From Thermoproteota archaeon (GTDB taxonomy: Archaea > Asgardarchaeota > Jordiarchaeia > Jordiarchaeales > Freyrarchaeaceae), in contig JAPDJY010000030.1 of the NCBI GenBank assembly GCA_029258835.1, forward strand, positions 99,606-163,605: a DNA stretch of 64,000 nt, read 5' to 3'. A model generated the notes under the pieces. The model saw nothing but the letters and a program-made list of their open reading frames with translations, made no database searches and was not told the origin of the DNA. Position numbers and translations under genes: made by a program. Of this stretch, positions 50,591 through 62,000 are shown piece after piece (within the stretch, counting starts at the first letter, position 1; every line of letters starts with the position of its first letter).

Positions 50591-53500
50591 TTAAACCACC
50601 TTGTGACAGCAACCATTTTTCAGCTCTCTTTCTCTCCTCTTTACTATATTGAAAATCTATAAAAAACGAAATAACATCAAACGGACTTAATTCCTGCTTT
50701 AACTTTATAAATAATTCAACAGCATCAAAGAACGAACCATCGTTTATAGATTTGATTAAAAAGTCTTTTTCCTCCTCCCCCAGCTTTACGTTCACATTTC
50801 CAATCGTAGATTCTATAAAGTCCTCTATTAACCCATTCTTTCCCCACTCTCTAATCTTATCCGAGCAGACATACATAACTTTCATGATTTGAGACTTTGT
50901 AAATTTGCCCTTCTCCGGATTAAGTATTTCCCATAGCTTGATTAACTTCCCCAATTCTTCCAATAGGTAAGGTCTTGTCCCGGTTTTCCCCAGTATAGAA
51001 TGAGCTCGCTTTGACGATTCAAGCATCACTATATTAAACCTATTTTGAGTAGATTCTAAGTATTCATAGTCAAAAAAGTTATGATGAACTTTTATTTTGC
51101 CGCCATTAATTTCCAGCATAGGTCTATATTCATTATGATCTTCTCTTACTGTACAATAATACCAATCTTCACTTCCATCATCAAACTTTGGTACAAAATT
51201 CCACTTTAACTTATCAATTATGAAAATATCTTCATTCCTTTTAATTTCATAACTCTTCTCTTCATCTATCCTTCTAAGAGCTTCACTCTCAAACTCTTTT
51301 AGAAGCCTTCTCCCGGCATCAAGTACGAGATAAAGAGGCTGTTTGTACTTGAAATATATTACACCAAAGTTTATACTAAGCCTTCCAAGTACTTTATCAA
51401 ATCTATTAAAAAATAAGGACTTTATCCTTGTAATAATTGCTAACGCGTACTTTGCTGGACATAAGAACATAAATTCGCCAGCAGTCGTATACACCGAGAT
51501 TACTGGTATAAATTCTCTAATCTCTACATTTCTTATTCTATAAGCATCTTTACTACCATCCTCCCACTCTACTTCTATTTCCTCTCCTGAAAATAATTTT
51601 ATGATTTCCTCTTCTGGGATTTCGTCTAGTTTTTTCCCATTTCTTGTGTAATCGAGATAGTCTATGGTAACTATCTCCTTTTTCCCACTTATTACCGTGC
51701 CCAATTCTGATTTTCCAAGCACTCTTTCTTTTTTCAATTCCTTATCAATTTCCAAGATTAACTGTTTTCTTTTATCCAAAAACTCCTTTGCTATTTGTAC
51801 TGACTTCTCTGAAAACTCTTCAAATTCTTTCCACACTCTTCTTAAGCGTGAAGGGGAGGCAGGTTTTTTGGAAAGTATTTTACACAATTTTACTTTTGCA
51901 TCTTCAGAGTACTGCTCTAACTCAGAAACAAAATTCTCAGCTTCTGCATTAATCACTAGTCGAGAATGCATTTTATCCATCAGATATTTAACTCGTTGCA
52001 GAAATTTTTCTCTCTCTTCAACCGACCTAATGCCTTCCTGAGTGCTCTGCAATTCTCTTTTTAACTTGAACAAATCATCAATAACTGAAGTTTCTTCGAA
52101 TTTTATATCCTCTACCACTTTGGTTTTTCCTTTAATTAGTCCACCAAGCCCCCTTAACACCTCATCCAACTCTAATATTCTACTTTGAAAGTTTTCTTTC
52201 GTTAATCCCTTCCACCAATTTCTTAACTTGACATAATATTCCAGAAGTTCAATATTATTTCTCTTCCAATACGTTTTGTTATCATTTTTATAAATTTCTG
52301 GATCAGCTCCGTAAATGGTTCTAGTAGTTTCCTTTATGTATTCTCCATTCAACCATTTATCGGCAGGCCAAATTTTTCCAACAATTAAAGCTATCATATT
52401 ATTTTCATCTCTTATCTGATCAAGCCATACCGTCTCTTCCTTCCCCAATCTCTTTATTACACCCTCTAACCTGAGTTCATAACAATATTTGCATAATCTT
52501 TCACCTTTAATAGAGGCAACCCCTTCAGGAATTGGGTATTCTGGAGCATAACCACATACATAGCATTTTTCTCTTGGTTTTTGCCTCAACTTATTTGAGC
52601 CACATTTTGAACATTTATCAAGTTTTGCAGAACTAACACCAGTTTCATTACACTCATCACATTCCCACATCCAGCCTTTCTCCCAATCTTTTACCCAAGG
52701 TAGACTTCTTGCTTCTTGGCCAATCCTGTAGGGGAAATTCACATTTTCAGCAGCGATCTTTTTTGCGTTCTCGATTAGAGGACCAATATATTTGCTTGCT
52801 TCTCCATTCTTTCCACCACAAACCTCAACTAATGGCACAATTAGACCATTAGTTCCACTGATAACAGTTAAAAATATTCTTTTTCGCAATTCGCTTATAA
52901 TTTCATTTCCTTTATCAATTGACGTTAAATCTGGTATCAGAAAGCACATAACGTTTAAATCCTCATATATCAGATTACCAACAGGAATTTCAAATTCTAC
53001 GATCTCTCTAATTTTTCTTTTCACTTCATCGAATTTCTCAAACCTTCCTATGAAGTCAGGGAGCTTATTAACCTTCGTAATAAAGCTATAACCATCAAAT
53101 CCTACTACAAGAAGTTTAAATCCAACCTTTTCTGAGACATTCATTTCTTTAACTCTTTTCCTGAACTCTTCATCTGAAATACAACCTACAAGAATTGATT
53201 TAGTAATTGAACCCACCATGTATGCATGATCCACGAGCTTAACATCATTCGATGGTCGTCGTGTCTCAGCTAACGAGAGTGAAAAGAAATTATTGATTAA
53301 AGTTATTAGTTTCTCTCTAAGTTCAAAACTAAATCCCCCTTGCCTTGCTAATTGACCTATTAATTCAGATAGCCTTTTATATAACTCCATTCTGGCGGAA
53401 CGAAGAGGACTCTTTGTACCGTTCATCTTCAGAATCAGAGTTCTTTCATTAAGGTAATCGGAAAGCTTCTCTTCATAACCAAATGGAGTTGCGATAAAAA

Positions 53501-53870
53501 CTTCATCAAAACCAACATCCCTTTCCTCATGAACCCCTCTGTCCTCCCATGAATCCTGATTGTCGGCTATTGAAATGATCTTTTCAATAAGATTTGTAAG
53601 GTTGCGTCTTTCATGATGATTCTGAAATCCTTCTATTTTCACTCCCTTTAACCACTCTGGGACATCTTTGTTAAATATTTCATCTAATGATTTAGAGAAA
53701 AATTCACTAAGCGTACTTGGAACATCCCCACTTTTAACATCCTCTTCATAACGCCTTGCATGTTCTTTATATAACTTCTCATCCAACTTCCCTATATCAT
53801 GTAAAAACCCCATAAGTTCAACGGAAAGTATATAGTCTCTAAACTTGCTAAGAGTTTGGATTTTGCTCAT
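50577..53870 (-). CDS. cas10: Type III-C Cas10 (Csx11) with HD domain and degenerate Palm domain
   Basis: LHDIGK, AETRRPSND and SPSRLRRVW motifs; no GGDD (YTTAGEFM instead). Confidence 0.92.
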   Translation of the reverse strand: MSKIQTLSKFRDYILSVELMGFLHDIGKLDEKLYKEHARRYEEDVKSGDVPSTLSEFFSKSLDEIFNKDVPEWLKGVKIEGFQNHHERRNLTNLIEKIISIADNQDSWEDRGVHEERDVGFDEVFIATPFGYEEKLSDYLNERTLILKMNGTKSPLRSARMELYKRLSELIGQLARQGGFSFELREKLITLINNFFSLSLAETRRPSNDVKLVDHAYMVGSITKSILVGCISDEEFRKRVKEMNVSEKVGFKLLVVGFDGYSFITKVNKLPDFIGRFEKFDEVKRKIREIVEFEIPVGNLIYEDLNVMCFLIPDLTSIDKGNEIISELRKRIFLTVISGTNGLIVPLVEVCGGKNGEASKYIGPLIENAKKIAAENVNFPYRIGQEARSLPWVKDWEKGWMWECDECNETGVSSAKLDKCSKCGSNKLRQKPREKCYVCGYAPEYPIPEGVASIKGERLCKYCYELRLEGVIKRLGKEETVWLDQIRDENNMIALIVGKIWPADKWLNGEYIKETTRTIYGADPEIYKNDNKTYWKRNNIELLEYYVKLRNWWKGLTKENFQSRILELDEVLRGLGGLIKGKTKVVEDIKFEETSVIDDLFKLKRELQSTQEGIRSVEEREKFLQRVKYLMDKMHSRLVINAEAENFVSELEQYSEDAKVKLCKILSKKPASPSRLRRVWKEFEEFSEKSVQIAKEFLDKRKQLILEIDKELKKERVLGKSELGTVISGKKEIVTIDYLDYTRNGKKLDEIPEEEIIKLFSGEEIEVEWEDGSKDAYRIRNVEIREFIPVISVYTTAGEFMFLCPAKYALAIITRIKSLFFNRFDKVLGRLSINFGVIYFKYKQPLYLVLDAGRRLLKEFESEALRRIDEEKSYEIKRNEDIFIIDKLKWNFVPKFDDGSEDWYYCTVREDHNEYRPMLEINGGKIKVHHNFFDYEYLESTQNRFNIVMLESSKRAHSILGKTGTRPYLLEELGKLIKLWEILNPEKGKFTKSQIMKVMYVCSDKIREWGKNGLIEDFIESTIGNVNVKLGEEEKDFLIKSINDGSFFDAVELFIKLKQELSPFDVISFFIDFQYSKEERKRAEKWLLSQGGLNADP

Positions 53871-54789
53871 TTACCATCCTCCTATATTCATTCTCAACCA
53901 TTCTCTTGAACTCTTCAAATGACGCATTGCTCTTCGCCTGACCGTTAACCCTCACTTTAATCAATTTTTCTTCAACAACACCATATCCACTCGTCTTCTT
54001 AGCAGAAAATCCATATTCAAGCATCATTTTTGGAATTGCTTCTTTTAAAATGTCTAAATCTTCCTTAATCTCATTAAGTGCCATTTTTCTATCTTCTTCC
54101 CTTTCAGAAGAGAGTTTTTCTATTAGATCAAACGGCAGATAGATCAATTTAAATTCTCCTTTAGCACCCTCAGAGGCTATTTCGAATAATATCGGCCCCC
54201 TCACAGGCGTCTTCTTTACTCTGTCTAGAGGAGTAATCACATCCAAGCTTATTCTGTCCAGGACCGTAGAGTAGAAAAATAACCTCCCCTGTTTACTTTC
54301 TTTGCCCTCTTTTTCGTTTCCAAACAATCTAACTTCAAATTCTGGCGCTGCTATATCTTTTATAACACGTCTCAATGCACCTTTCCAAGTAGTTGAGCGG
54401 ATATACGGAATTTTGAAAACTTTTTCCTTAACTATCGGGTTATCTATAATGTAGAAGTCCTCATCGTCCCTACTTAGATAGGGCTTCCTCAACTTAAAAC
54501 TAATCCTTATAAATAGATAAGGAATAGTCAGATTGCATAAATCACCCAAGTCACTTTCTATTAATCCTTTAAGAAGGCTTTTCTCCGATGTAATTTTTCT
54601 TGGGTACTCCCTGATGATCCACTGTTTATATTTGTTCTCTCTTGCCCATTCTTTATTTTCTCTAGTAGTTAGATGTAAGGATGCCAGCTTTACTTTCTGG
54701 TAGGCATCACCAACCACCCTTTCAAGTTTACGGAAATCAGCCCCTCTCCTTCGATTATCCCAAAATTCAGCATAAATGTCATACTTCAT
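53848..54789 (-). CDS. cmr6: Cas7 RAMP Cmr6-like
   Basis: PYLSRDD, TWKGALR, RLFGNE and YGFSAKKTSGYG motifs. Confidence 0.88.
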   Translation of the reverse strand: MKYDIYAEFWDNRRRGADFRKLERVVGDAYQKVKLASLHLTTRENKEWARENKYKQWIIREYPRKITSEKSLLKGLIESDLGDLCNLTIPYLFIRISFKLRKPYLSRDDEDFYIIDNPIVKEKVFKIPYIRSTTWKGALRRVIKDIAAPEFEVRLFGNEKEGKESKQGRLFFYSTVLDRISLDVITPLDRVKKTPVRGPILFEIASEGAKGEFKLIYLPFDLIEKLSSEREEDRKMALNEIKEDLDILKEAIPKMMLEYGFSAKKTSGYGVVEEKLIKVRVNGQAKSNASFEEFKRMVENEYRRMVNEQNPNS

Positions 54790-55736
54790 TTTAAACCCTC
54801 TAAAATCTCTTCACCCGTTTTGAAATTTAGAGGAGAACGTAACAATTCTTCCAATCTTTCCCTAATTTCTGCAATCTCATCTTCCCCCCTAACATATCCA
54901 AAAACTTTGTTTGCAGCTTCAAATGAGAAAATCTTTTTAGTTACACCCCTCTCCCCTCCCAACCACTTGTTAAATTCTTTTTTAGGATCATCAAGGTACT
55001 TCTGAGGGTTATTGAGATCTCTTCTCACAATCCTGTTCATCCCTTCTCTATCCAGATGTTGACCTTCTACTATCCAGTAAAATCTAAAGTTAAACCACTC
55101 TTTACTATTGTCCCTCCCTAATTTCCTTTTATTTTCCTCAAGCCAACCTCTCACTCTACCCACATTTACAAAAGTATCCCACCTTTCAATTCCCCCATAA
55201 TCTTCTACTTCTATCAATCCATAATCAGTCCCCCACCTACCATCAGGCTTCCACGTTGTCCTACCTCCAATAGCCCCATAATTTTCAATAATCCACAAAG
55301 TCTTTTTAAATAGCCACTTTTGCTCGGGACTTAAATCTGAGATGAAGTGGAAGCTCCACCACATAGTTCTATTCGGTTTCAATCCCGATCGAGGACCTCT
55401 TCCCACATCCACATCATTACCCTTTATTCCACCTATCTCCAGTCTAAACCTCCTACTCCAACCCGTACATCCAAATAACTGGCATGCTGGACAAATTTGC
55501 TCATCTAAAGCTTCTTGAATAGATCTTCCCTCCTTAATAGCCCTTTGAAACCTCCCTTGATCCAACTCACATTTCCCTTTAGAAGTTGGATCACAAGCAT
55601 AACCACCCAACCCCCTAACCAAAGCCTCATACCACCATCTAAGGGAACCAATAACTCCAGTTTCCTTAATTCCACTACACTTCCCATCAACATCTCCTGT
55701 CCAAATCAACGTCAATGCTTTAATCTTAACCCTCAT
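54786..55736 (-). CDS. cmr1: Cas7 RAMP Cmr1
   Basis: IWTGD, TGVIGSLRWWYEAL and CPACQLFGCTGW motifs. Confidence 0.92.
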   Translation of the reverse strand: MRVKIKALTLIWTGDVDGKCSGIKETGVIGSLRWWYEALVRGLGGYACDPTSKGKCELDQGRFQRAIKEGRSIQEALDEQICPACQLFGCTGWSRRFRLEIGGIKGNDVDVGRGPRSGLKPNRTMWWSFHFISDLSPEQKWLFKKTLWIIENYGAIGGRTTWKPDGRWGTDYGLIEVEDYGGIERWDTFVNVGRVRGWLEENKRKLGRDNSKEWFNFRFYWIVEGQHLDREGMNRIVRRDLNNPQKYLDDPKKEFNKWLGGERGVTKKIFSFEAANKVFGYVRGEDEIAEIRERLEELLRSPLNFKTGEEILEGLK

Positions 55737-56056
55737 GCTACCACTTTCTCTTAAACACTTAATCCAAAACTGAATAATCCCCTACAATCCTCTTATATCT
55801 AACCCCCATCAGATCTCCAACATCCTAACAACTCCTTCAAGTAAAACCATCAGCACTTCAGAATAACAAACCCCCACACAACCCCCTCCAGCTATCCCAC
55901 TCAACATAAATAGTACATCTAAATTTCCCTTAAACGAATTCAATACCAATTCCCGCTCCTCCCAACCATCATCACCTACGAAAATGACCCATGCTTGGAG
56001 AACCCCTTCTTGCCTAAAAACAAGCCTATGCATCTTTACCCCAAACAACTGACTCG

Positions 56057-59000
56057 CTTTCAATCCCCATGCCTGAGGCCTCTTTTTGCTAGCTGGTTGC
56101 ATTAGCAGGTATGCTAGTTGGCTACTCGAACTTTCAATCCCCATGTCTGGGGACTCTTTTTGCAAGAGTGGGGTTGTCTCGGCTGTTGGTTTCAGGTTTA
56201 TCCGCTTTCAATCCCCATGTCTGGGGACTCTTTTTGCAAGCAGGTCATGTTTGGGCGTAAGGCTAGTGTGGTTAACTTGGCTTTCAATCCCCATGTCTGG
56301 GGACTCTTTTTGCAAGCTACACAGAATTCCCAGACTTCTACGCCGTCTATACCGACTTTCAATCCCCATGTCTGGGGACTCTTTTTGCAAGTCGGGGTTG
56401 CCTGTGGCTGGTTATGGAGGGGTTTATTATCTTTCAATCCCCATGTCTGGGGACTCTTTTTGCAAGTACATCCCGAAGGGGAGGATAGTGCACGCGGTGG
56501 GTAACACTTTCAATCCCCATGTCTGGGGACTCTTTTTGCAAGGTGTGAGGTCTTCGTCTAAGCCATACATTTCCCTAATACTTTCAATCCCCATGTCTGG
56601 GGACTCTTTTTGCAAGGAAAGTTTAGCACCCAATGAAGTAGAGGAGAGACCAGAACTTTCAATCCCCATGTCTGGGGACTCTTTTTGCAAGTTGTGTTTT
56701 GGCTGTTTTTTTGTTTTACAGGTGTAGGTCTTTCAATCCCCATGTCTGGGGACTCTTTTTGCAAGCAAACTCAAGGTCAACTAGGGGAAACACCAATTAC
56801 GCCCTTTCAATCCCCATGTCTGGGGACTCTTTTTGCAAGCAAGAGCAGGGAGGAGGCGTCCGCCTTCCAGACTGCTGCTTTCAATCCCCATGTCTGGGGA
56901 CTCTTTTTGCAAGTTGAGGAAACAATCAGGGTGCTTGGGGAACTGTTCGAGACTTTCAATCCCCATGTCTGGGGACTCTTTTTGCAAGTGATTAGTCCGA
57001 TGTCGGTTGCCCATGTTTCAGCCTTCTCTTTCAATCCCCATGTCTGGGGACTCTTTTTGCAAGGAGAAATGAGCTTAGAGAGTTAGGAGTTAGGGTTTTT
57101 GGCTTTCAATCCCCATGTCTGGGGACTCTTTTTGCAAGAAGACTCAAACACGGCGGTAAGAGAGGCAGAAACCCCGTCTTTCAATCCCCATGTCTGGGGA
57201 CTCTTTTTGCAAGTTGGAAGAAAGGGAAAGACTGTATGAAATGTTACTTTTACTTTCAATCCCCATGTCTGGGGACTCTTTTTGCAAGACGTCTTAAAAA
57301 ACACGCTACCCCTAATCGCAACTCTTCCTCCTTTCAATCCCCATGTCTGGGGACTCTTTTTGCAAGCCTTGCACTGTGCAGGGTGAACTCGGGCTACAAC
57401 GCCAACTTTCAATCCCCATGTCTGGGGACTCTTTTTGCAAGAGAACATGGATACTAGGATGTTCACGGGATGGCAAAGCTTTCAATCCCCATGTCTGGGG
57501 ACTCTTTTTGCAAGAAGTGAAGCAGGTCGCACGGGAGAACGCAAAGGCTAAGGACTTTCAATCCCCATGTCTGGGGACTCTTTTTGCAAGAAACGCTGCA
57601 CACTTGCTATGTCGTCTTAGCTCGTGGGACTTTCAATCCCCATGTCTGGGGACTCTTTTTGCAAGGCACCGTTGTGCATTAGATGAAGCTTGAAAGTGGT
57701 CTCATCTTTCAATCCCCATGTCTGGGGACTCTTTTTGCAAGTTTTCCGGCGGTATGGTTCGGTTGGAGAAGCCCGCTCCGAACTTTCAATCCCCATGTCT
57801 GGGGACTCTTTTTGCAAGAGGCAGACAACCCAAGCCCCCCCCACACATCCCCCGCTCTTTCAATCCCCATGTCTGGGGACTCTTTTTGCAAGGTCTGGAT
57901 GGTTGACAACGCCCCCCGATTCTACTACTTTCAATCCCCATGTCTGGGGACTCTTTTTGCAAGATGCATGACATTTATGATGCAGTTGATGACTGCCACA
58001 CTTTCAATCCCCATGTCTGGGGACTCTTTTTGCAAGCACACGCTTCCTTCCCCTGCCCAAGCACGTGATAATAATCTTTCAATCCCCATGTCTGGGGACT
58101 CTTTTTGCAAGCAGGGTTACCGCCGGGGCAACTGATCAGCTTAGCGCCGGACTTTCAATCCCCATGTCTGGGGACTCTTTTTGCAAGTGTGCATGCAGCA
58201 GCCTGTTTTTCACTCTAAAAATAGCACTTTCAATCCCCATGTCTGGGGACTCTTTTTGCAAGACAGGAGGATATGGCGGTTTTGGAAAAGCGATTTGGTA
58301 CTTTCAATCCCCATGTCTGGGGACTCTTTTTGCAAGTCGATACCGACACTTGGAGGTGAGGAGGAAGAATGAAAACTTTCAATCCCCATGTCTGGGGACT
58401 CTTTTTGCAAGGTTTTTAAAAACGTATACGCCGCCAACCTCTGGATCGTCTTTCAATCCCCATGTCTGGGGACTCTTTTTGCAAGCGTCAGTCATCGAAG
58501 AGATCGAACGTTCACTTTCCAGCACAACTTTCAATCCCCATGTCTGGGGACTCTTTTTGCAAGTCGTTCGCCAGTTGCAGTAGTGTAACAATGTAGTCGC
58601 GTGCTTTCAATCCCCATGTCTGGGGACTCTTTTTGCAAGCTCGTACTTAACCCATTGGCCGCCAAGCTGAACCCCGGCTTTCAATCCCCATGTCTGGGGA
58701 CTCTTTTTGCAAGAAAAAAACGCTTAAGGCAGAGGTGATACGGAGTGTGGCTTTCAATCCCCATGTCTGGGGACTCTTTTTGCAAGAGCGTGGAGCTTGT
58801 ATCTGTGTACACACCGTAAACATCTTTCAATCCCCATGTCTGGGGACTCTTTTTGCAAGTTGATGATTTCACGGTGGAACATGTCGAACCCTTCCAGACT
58901 TTCAATCCCCATGTCTGGGGACTCTTTTTGCAAGTTCTTTTTCGGAGGTGATTGAGAGTGGTGATCTACATTTCTTTCAATCCCCATGTCTGGGGACTCT

Positions 59001-62000
59001 TTTTGCAAGTCGGGACGTTGTCAAGGACGAAGGAAGAATACTCCTCAACTTTCAATCCCCATGTCTGGGGACTCTTTTTGCAAGACGCCTCGCGGAAAAC
59101 CGACTTGTGGGAGGGTCTTTACCCTTTCAATCCCCATGTCTGGGGACTCTTTTTGCAAGTCCCGATCCTGAAGGAGAGTCCACTTCTCCCCTACATCTTT
59201 CAATCCCCATGTCTGGGGACTCTTTTTGCAAGAAGTCCCTGTCGAAGTCGTCCTTGAAGGCGTAGGCTCGACTTTCAATCCCCATGTCTGGGGACTCTTT
59301 TTGCAAGAAGAAGACGGGAGAATTCTAACCGAACACGATAGCTATCTTTCAATCCCCATGTCTGGGGACTCTTTTTGCAAGTCGACCACCCTGACCGACA
59401 GCTCCAAGAGCTGGGCGGCCTTTCAATCCCCATGTCTGGGGACTCTTTTTGCAAGTCCAAGTGGGTTAAGTGGATGAGTGAGGAGGAAAAAAACTTTCAA
59501 TCCCCATGTCTGGGGACTCTTTTTGCAAGACTTGAGGAGGATGACGCCTACTCATGGCTCGAAGACGCTTTCAATCCCCATGTCTGGGGACTCTTTTTGC
59601 AAGAAACATTAGTTAAAATTGCAAGGGGGAACGGCTACGACTTTCAATCCCCATGTCTGGGGACTCTTTTTGCAAGCCAAATCTTTTGGCGAGGCATAAA
59701 TTTGTGGCGATCTTTCAATCCCCATGTCTGGGGACTCTTTTTGCAAGTTCAAGATCCTTGACCAGTTAGACGCTTACCCCACAAGCTTTCAATCCCCATG
59801 TCTGGGGACTCTTTTTGCAAGACGTTGCTGTTTGCTCCCTCACTCCAAGACCTTTACCAGCTTTCAATCCCCATGTCTGGGGACTCTTTTTGCAAGTTGC
59901 CTTCCCGTGTCGCTTGCTGTTTTAACTTGTAAACTTTCAATCCCCATGTCTGGGGACTCTTTTTGCAAGCCGTGTTCATGCGTCGATTTCCTCTGTTTCA
60001 CTTCCTCTTTCAATCCCCATGTCTGGGGACTCTTTTTGCAAGACAGTTTAAACAAACAACCACCTAAACTTACCCAAAAACTTTCAATCCCCATGTCTGG
60101 GGACTCTTTTTGCAAGTCGTGGACAATACTTCGGCGGACTTGAAGTATAGTAAACTTTCAATCCCCATGTCTGGGGACTCTTTTTGCAAGAAGGGGAGGT
60201 TCAGGTTTTCTAGCAAGAAGGATGTTGTAACTTTCAATCCCCATGTCTGGGGACTCTTTTTGCAAGACGTTGAGAGGGCGTTGCGGGGTCTCCTGATGGA
60301 CAAGACTTTCAATCCCCATGTCTGGGGACTCTTTTTGCAAGAAAGCATAATGTCCGTGAATGTAGAAAAACAAAGTATCTTTCAATCCCCATGTCTGGGG
60401 ACTCTTTTTGCAAGGTAGGAATTTTAGGAGGAACAGGTTGAAGAAGGTGTCTTTCAATCCCCATGTCTGGGGACTCTTTTTGCAAGTCCGTTCTGGGCGT
60501 TTGACCTTATTTTTGGTGTGAACTCGGCTTTCAATCCCCATGTCTGGGGACTCTTTTTGCAAGTTCCAGGCGGCCACGGAAAAACGATAACGATAAACGT
60601 CAGGCTTTCAATCCCCATGTCTGGGGACTCTTTTTGCAAGCACACCCCACAGCCAACCTGTCATTCCCAACCACACACGCTTTCAATCCCCATGTCTGGG
60701 GACTCTTTTTGCAAGGAGAAGGATGAGGACGGGTTTGAAACCATCGTCTACACTTTCAATCCCCATGTCTGGGGACTCTTTTTGCAAGCGAATTATCTCC
60801 CTGTGGAACATGTCGAAGCCCATATCCCTTTCAATCCCCATGTCTGGGGACTCTTTTTGCAAGTTGTGTGGGTGTGTGCTGGAAGGTTGTCTACAGTCAG
60901 CGCTTTCAATCCCCATGTCTGGGGACTCTTTTTGCAAGCAGCGGGCGTTAGAAAAACAATATTCCTTTATCGCTGACTTTCAATCCCCATGTCTGGGGAC
61001 TCTTTTTGCAAGAAAAAGTTTGGAGGTGTGAGTGATGGGCAAGTACCTCACTTTCAATCCCCATGTCTGGGGACTCTTTTTGCAAGATGACGATGCCCTT
61101 GTCCTTGTGAACCTTGACTTCGACCATCTTTCAATCCCCATGTCTGGGGACTCTTTTTGCAAGGTATTTCTCCGGGGACTTCACCATCGAAAAATACGCA
61201 ACTTTCAATCCCCATGTCTGGGGACTCTTTTTGCAAGACATGTACGACGTGACGCTGAAGCTTCCCATTATATCGAACTTTCAATCCCCATGTCTGGGGA
61301 CTCTTTTTGCAAGCCGTGAACCTTAGTCATCTTAGCGACGGCGAAGATCTCGGCTTTCAATCCCCATGTCTGGGGACTCTTTTTGCAAGACGGAGTAGCA
61401 ACTGGAGTAACCTCGGAGGCTGACCCGTCTTTCAATCCCCATGTCTGGGGACTCTTTTTGCAAGACGACATGCTTTTCGGCGTCCCCCCGGACGTCCTCT
61501 TGGCTTTCAATCCCCATGTCTGGGGACTCTTTTTGCAAGATAAAGAGGGGGCGGCATTCCCAGCCCAGCTCCGTCAGCCTTTCAATCCCCATGTCTGGGG
61601 ACTCTTTTTGCAAGCAGAAAACCACGCCAGCCCCCAGCACCAGAAACGTCACACTTTCAATCCCCATGTCTGGGGACTCTTTTTGCAAGGGACATGCTTA
61701 CCTACATGGGCGATCAGAAGTAACCTTCTTTCAATCCCCATGTCTGGGGACTCTTTTTGCAAGACCTCTAAACAGTTGTCGTAAGTCCCCCCACTATTGC
61801 TAACTTTCAATCCCCATGTCTGGGGACTCTTTTTGCAAGTCCAATCAGTTGACGAGGGTGGAGGGTCAACCTACAAGATCTTTCAATCCCCATGTCTGGG
61901 GACTCTTTTTGCAAGTTAAGTTACTTAAGAGTTTTTTTGAGGCTAAAGCGAAAACTTTCAATCCCCATGTCTGGGGACTCTTTTTGCAAGCAAAGTTGTC

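Noticed and set aside
55790-56056. Possible CRISPR leader
   Set aside because: The adjacent repeat is the degenerate one, and the ATTGAAAG polarity places the leader at the far end.
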